DNA of 39,464 nt from a virus (lineage: Duplodnaviria > Caudoviricetes): IMG/VR virus record IMGVR_UViG_3300005254_000010, positions 1 to 39,464 of that record. One strand, 5' to 3'. The number at the start of each line of letters is the position of its first letter. Positions within the stretch are counted from its first letter, which is position 1. The notes under the pieces were generated by a model. It was not told the origin of the DNA and made no database searches. It worked only from the letters and a program-made list of their open reading frames with translations. The position numbers and the translations under genes are program-made. Below, in pieces: positions 36,820 to 39,464 of the stretch.

Positions 36820-37353
36820 ATGTATAAACAGGTTGAAAATGGAGTGATACGCACCAGTGACAATGCATTCATCCCGGAGGATGACCGTAATCGGGATTGG
36901 CGTGAGTATCTGGCCTGGGTCGGAAAAGGAAACGCACCTGCTCCACGGTTTACAGATCTGGAACTGCTGGACCGCGCAAGAGATGCCAAACGGCAGGAGG
37001 TTTTGACAGAATTCGACCGGGACAGCCGGGAGCCGATCGCGGCGGCCGGGACCCTCTTCCCCGGCGGCGAGGAAGCGATGATGGAGCTGGACCGGGAGAT
37101 CCGGTTCGCCCGGCTGCTGGATAAAGAGGAGTGCGGGGTGGCGGACGTGGACGGGATCGAGCGGGTTTTACCGCTGGCAGAGGCGGAAGAGCTGCTGAAA
37201 ACCATGGTCGCCGGCTGGAAGTCGATGGTCAAGGCGAAGCGCGCGCGGCTGTTCGATCTGAAACGGGCCGGGACCCTGGAGGAGGTCGAGGATATCCCGG
37301 GGCGGGGGTTCAAGGACATTATATCAGGAAGAACAGAGGAGGGACGGAAATGA
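36820..37353 (+). CDS. Putative tail fibre assembly protein
   Basis: FIPEDDRNRDWREYLAW N-terminus; follows the fibre gene; GAGG RBS before ATG 36820. Confidence 0.7.
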   Translation: MYKQVENGVIRTSDNAFIPEDDRNRDWREYLAWVGKGNAPAPRFTDLELLDRARDAKRQEVLTEFDRDSREPIAAAGTLFPGGEEAMMELDREIRFARLLDKEECGVADVDGIERVLPLAEAEELLKTMVAGWKSMVKAKRARLFDLKRAGTLEEVEDIPGRGFKDIISGRTEEGRK

Positions 37354-37943
37354 GAAGATTGATTTTGCTGGTGCTCGGGGCTGTCTTGTTCGGGGTCGTT
37401 GTCGGCTGTGCTCCGAAGGGGGAGAAGGTGACGACCTATCCTGACGGCAGAGTGGTCGAGGAGGATGTGAACGTCGGCAAGTATTCAATCTATGGCCAGG
37501 CGGTGGCCGGCCTGGTGGACAAGATCGAACAGAGCCGGCGGGATTCGATCCAGGCCCTGGAAAGGATGGCCCAACCGCGGGCGGGAGAGAGCGCTGATCT
37601 CGCCGCGTACAAGCAGGGGCAGTCAAGCGCGATGATCTTTGTCCTGTCCAGCGCGGACCCGCATGAGTCCATTGCGGCTCTGTACTATGGCCGGGATGAA
37701 TATGATGTCCAGGACAAGGCCATCACGGTGGGCGGCGAGACGGTCAAGTTCGGCCTGGGCGTTGGAGCGCTTTGGAAAACGATGGATACCGCCCTGGAGC
37801 GGGCCGGGGACGTGACCATAGGCGACGGCTCGACCTACAACCCGGTTGAACTGCACGGTACCGGGGAAGGCAACATCGTCACCCTCGACCAGTCAACGGC
37901 GGAAATTTTCGAGCCGGCCCTGGTCCCTGGAGCAGTTGAATAA
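37350..37943 (+). CDS. Predicted lipoprotein
   Basis: MRRLILLVLGAVLFGVVVG-C signal peptide with lipobox; ATGA overlap at 37350. Confidence 0.75.
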   Translation: MRRLILLVLGAVLFGVVVGCAPKGEKVTTYPDGRVVEEDVNVGKYSIYGQAVAGLVDKIEQSRRDSIQALERMAQPRAGESADLAAYKQGQSSAMIFVLSSADPHESIAALYYGRDEYDVQDKAITVGGETVKFGLGVGALWKTMDTALERAGDVTIGDGSTYNPVELHGTGEGNIVTLDQSTAEIFEPALVPGAVE

Positions 37944-37949
37944 GGGAAG

Positions 37950-38348
37950 ATGACCAAGGCCCTGCTCTTTGCCCCTGCCGAATACTGGCAGCTATCGCCG
38001 GCAGCCAAGGCCGAGATCTGCAACGGCTGCGGCGCCCGCAAGGGGTTCAAGGTCCCGGACACCATGTGGGGCCTGTCCATTGGCGAGGCATGTAATATCC
38101 ATGATTACATGTACCACGTGGGCAGGACCGAGCAGGACCGGGAGGAGGCGGACAGGGCCTTCCTCAACAACCTGATCCGGATAATCGAGGCGGATTCCAT
38201 CAACTTCGCCCCGCTCAAGGCGCTCCGCCGCTACCGGGCCATGAGCTATTACAGCGCGGTCAGGGACTTCGGCGGTCCGGCCTTCTGGGACGACAAGAAC
38301 AAGCCGGAGGAGATGCGGGTGCCGGAGATGCTGGTCGCAACACATTAG
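37950..38348 (+). CDS. Phospholipase A2-like / DUF1353-like protein
   Basis: CNGCG...ACNIHDYMY...ADRAFLNN His-Asp motif pattern. Confidence 0.65.
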   Translation: MTKALLFAPAEYWQLSPAAKAEICNGCGARKGFKVPDTMWGLSIGEACNIHDYMYHVGRTEQDREEADRAFLNNLIRIIEADSINFAPLKALRRYRAMSYYSAVRDFGGPAFWDDKNKPEEMRVPEMLVATH

Positions 38349-38508
38349 GACGGGACTGGGGAATGCGTCAACACTCCCCGAACCAGTCAACCGTGAAGCC
38401 ACACGGAAGATGATCCACAGGTTCTCCTGTTATAGCCCCGATGCTGCGCCGTGGAACAGCGCATCGGTCTTATACCAGGGAGCCGGTCAGAGCGCAAGGA
38501 GGTTGCGT

Positions 38509-39270
38509 GTGGCTTCACTTTTTCCCTATTTCGGCGGCAAATCCAAGCTGGCAAAGGTCATTATCGGCAGGATGCCGGTTCATTCCTGTTATGTCGAGGT
38601 GTTTGCCGGCGCCGCGAATGTACTGTTTGCCAAGGACCCATCGCCAACCGAGATCCTGAACGATCTGGACCGGGATTTAATCACGGTTTACCGGGTCGTT
38701 AAGCATCACCCGGAGGAACTGCATAAGCAGTTCAAATACTGCCTGGTGGCCAGAGATGAGTTTTCGCGGCAGATGATGGTCAATCCGGATACCCTCACCG
38801 ATGTCCAGCGGGCCGCCCGGTATCTGTACCTGCAGAAAAGCTGCTTCGGCGGCAAGGTACGGGGCAGGACGTTCGGCACCCAGACCGTCGGCACGCCAAG
38901 GTTGAATTTTCTCACCCTGGAGCAGGCCCTCCAGGACGCCTGGATCAGGCTGGCCCAGGTCACCATTGAGTGCCTGGATTTCCGGGTTCTGATTCCCCGC
39001 TATGACCGGGAGCACACCCTCTTCTTTCTTGACCCGCCGTATTGGCACATCCCTGGCTACAAGCATGACTTCGAGGAGCAGGATTTCAGCGACCTGGCCG
39101 ATGTACTTGCCGGCATCAAGGGGCGTTTTCTGATGACCCTCAACGATACCCCGGAGATACGGGAGCTGTTTGGCCGGTTTACTATCGAGGAGGTGAATCT
39201 GACCTACTCGATGAGCCGCAAGGAAGGCAGCAGATCAAAGCAGAGGACGGAGCTTTTAATTGGCAATTAA
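38509..39270 (+). CDS. D12-class DNA adenine methyltransferase (Dam-like)
   Basis: FPYFGGK, YVEVFAG, EILND and FLDPPY; AAGGAGG RBS before GTG 38509; occupies the mom position of Mu. Confidence 0.92.
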   Translation: MASLFPYFGGKSKLAKVIIGRMPVHSCYVEVFAGAANVLFAKDPSPTEILNDLDRDLITVYRVVKHHPEELHKQFKYCLVARDEFSRQMMVNPDTLTDVQRAARYLYLQKSCFGGKVRGRTFGTQTVGTPRLNFLTLEQALQDAWIRLAQVTIECLDFRVLIPRYDREHTLFFLDPPYWHIPGYKHDFEEQDFSDLADVLAGIKGRFLMTLNDTPEIRELFGRFTIEEVNLTYSMSRKEGSRSKQRTELLIGN

Positions 39271-39292
39271 AACGGCCCAAAAAACGCTGCAA

Positions 39293-39344
39293 AATTGGTT
39301 TCATACCTTGCGTTAATTGGTTCCAAACCTTGCGTCACGCTACA
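39293..39344 (-). repeat. Right end (attR) with two tandem 21-bp transposase-binding-like repeats
   Basis: AATTGGTTTCATACCTTGCGT (39293-39313) and AATTGGTTCCAAACCTTGCGT (39315-39335), then a terminal CA at 39343-39344. Confidence 0.9.
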
Positions 39345-39349
39345 AACAA
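39345..39349 (+). repeat. Right copy of target-site duplication AACAA
   Basis: Matches 113-117. Confidence 0.9.
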
Positions 39350-39464
39350 TGTCAAGAATGAGGGGGAAGGGTGTATCAGGAAGGTTGATTGATGAGAGTC
39401 AAGATCGGGATGGATTCCAAAGATTTTAAAGTTCACCAAGAGGTTGCACGAGAGGTTGCATAAA

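Larger units (their letters stand above)
118..39344. mobile_element. Complete Mu-like transposable prophage (39,227 bp)
   Basis: Begins TGTAG at 118 and ends CTACA at 39344; AACAA directly flanks both ends (113-117, 39345-39349); contains MuA/MuB, GemA, Mor and Mu-type head genes. Confidence 0.95.

Noticed and set aside
34784-38348. Mu G-segment-type invertible tail fibre region
   Set aside because: No invertase gene, no inverted second fibre set, and no flanking inverted repeats seen.
39439-39460. AGAGGTTGCA direct repeat in the right flank
   Set aside because: Lies outside the prophage at the window edge; too little context to interpret.

Overview
The window holds an apparently complete Mu-like (transposable) prophage at 118..39344. 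It is bounded by TGTAG...CTACA ends, repeated transposase-binding-like motifs and a 5-bp target-site duplication (AACAA), with about 120 bp of host DNA on each side. The GC-rich backbone follows the Mu plan: an S24/LexA-type repressor divergent from the early operon (Ner/Cro-like HTH, MuA transposase, MuB ATPase, DUF3164, GemA, Mor), then lysis, terminase, portal and head genes, a non-contractile tail module with a -1 frameshift chaperone, and a terminal D12-class adenine methylase. Two lower-GC, minus-strand cargo blocks stand out. (1) 11465..17234 is a tightly coupled operon of a Rad50/SMC-like ABC ATPase, a small middle-component-like protein, a PD-(D/E)xK nuclease-like protein and an SPPY-type DNA methyltransferase, preceded by a MarR regulator. 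This is a candidate methylation-gated ABC-three-component/Lamassu-like defence system and the most interesting feature here. (2) 324..2355, downstream of the repressor, includes a soluble + membrane protein pair in a RexAB-like arrangement. All family assignments come from motif reading and synteny, not database searches, and GC statements are by eye.
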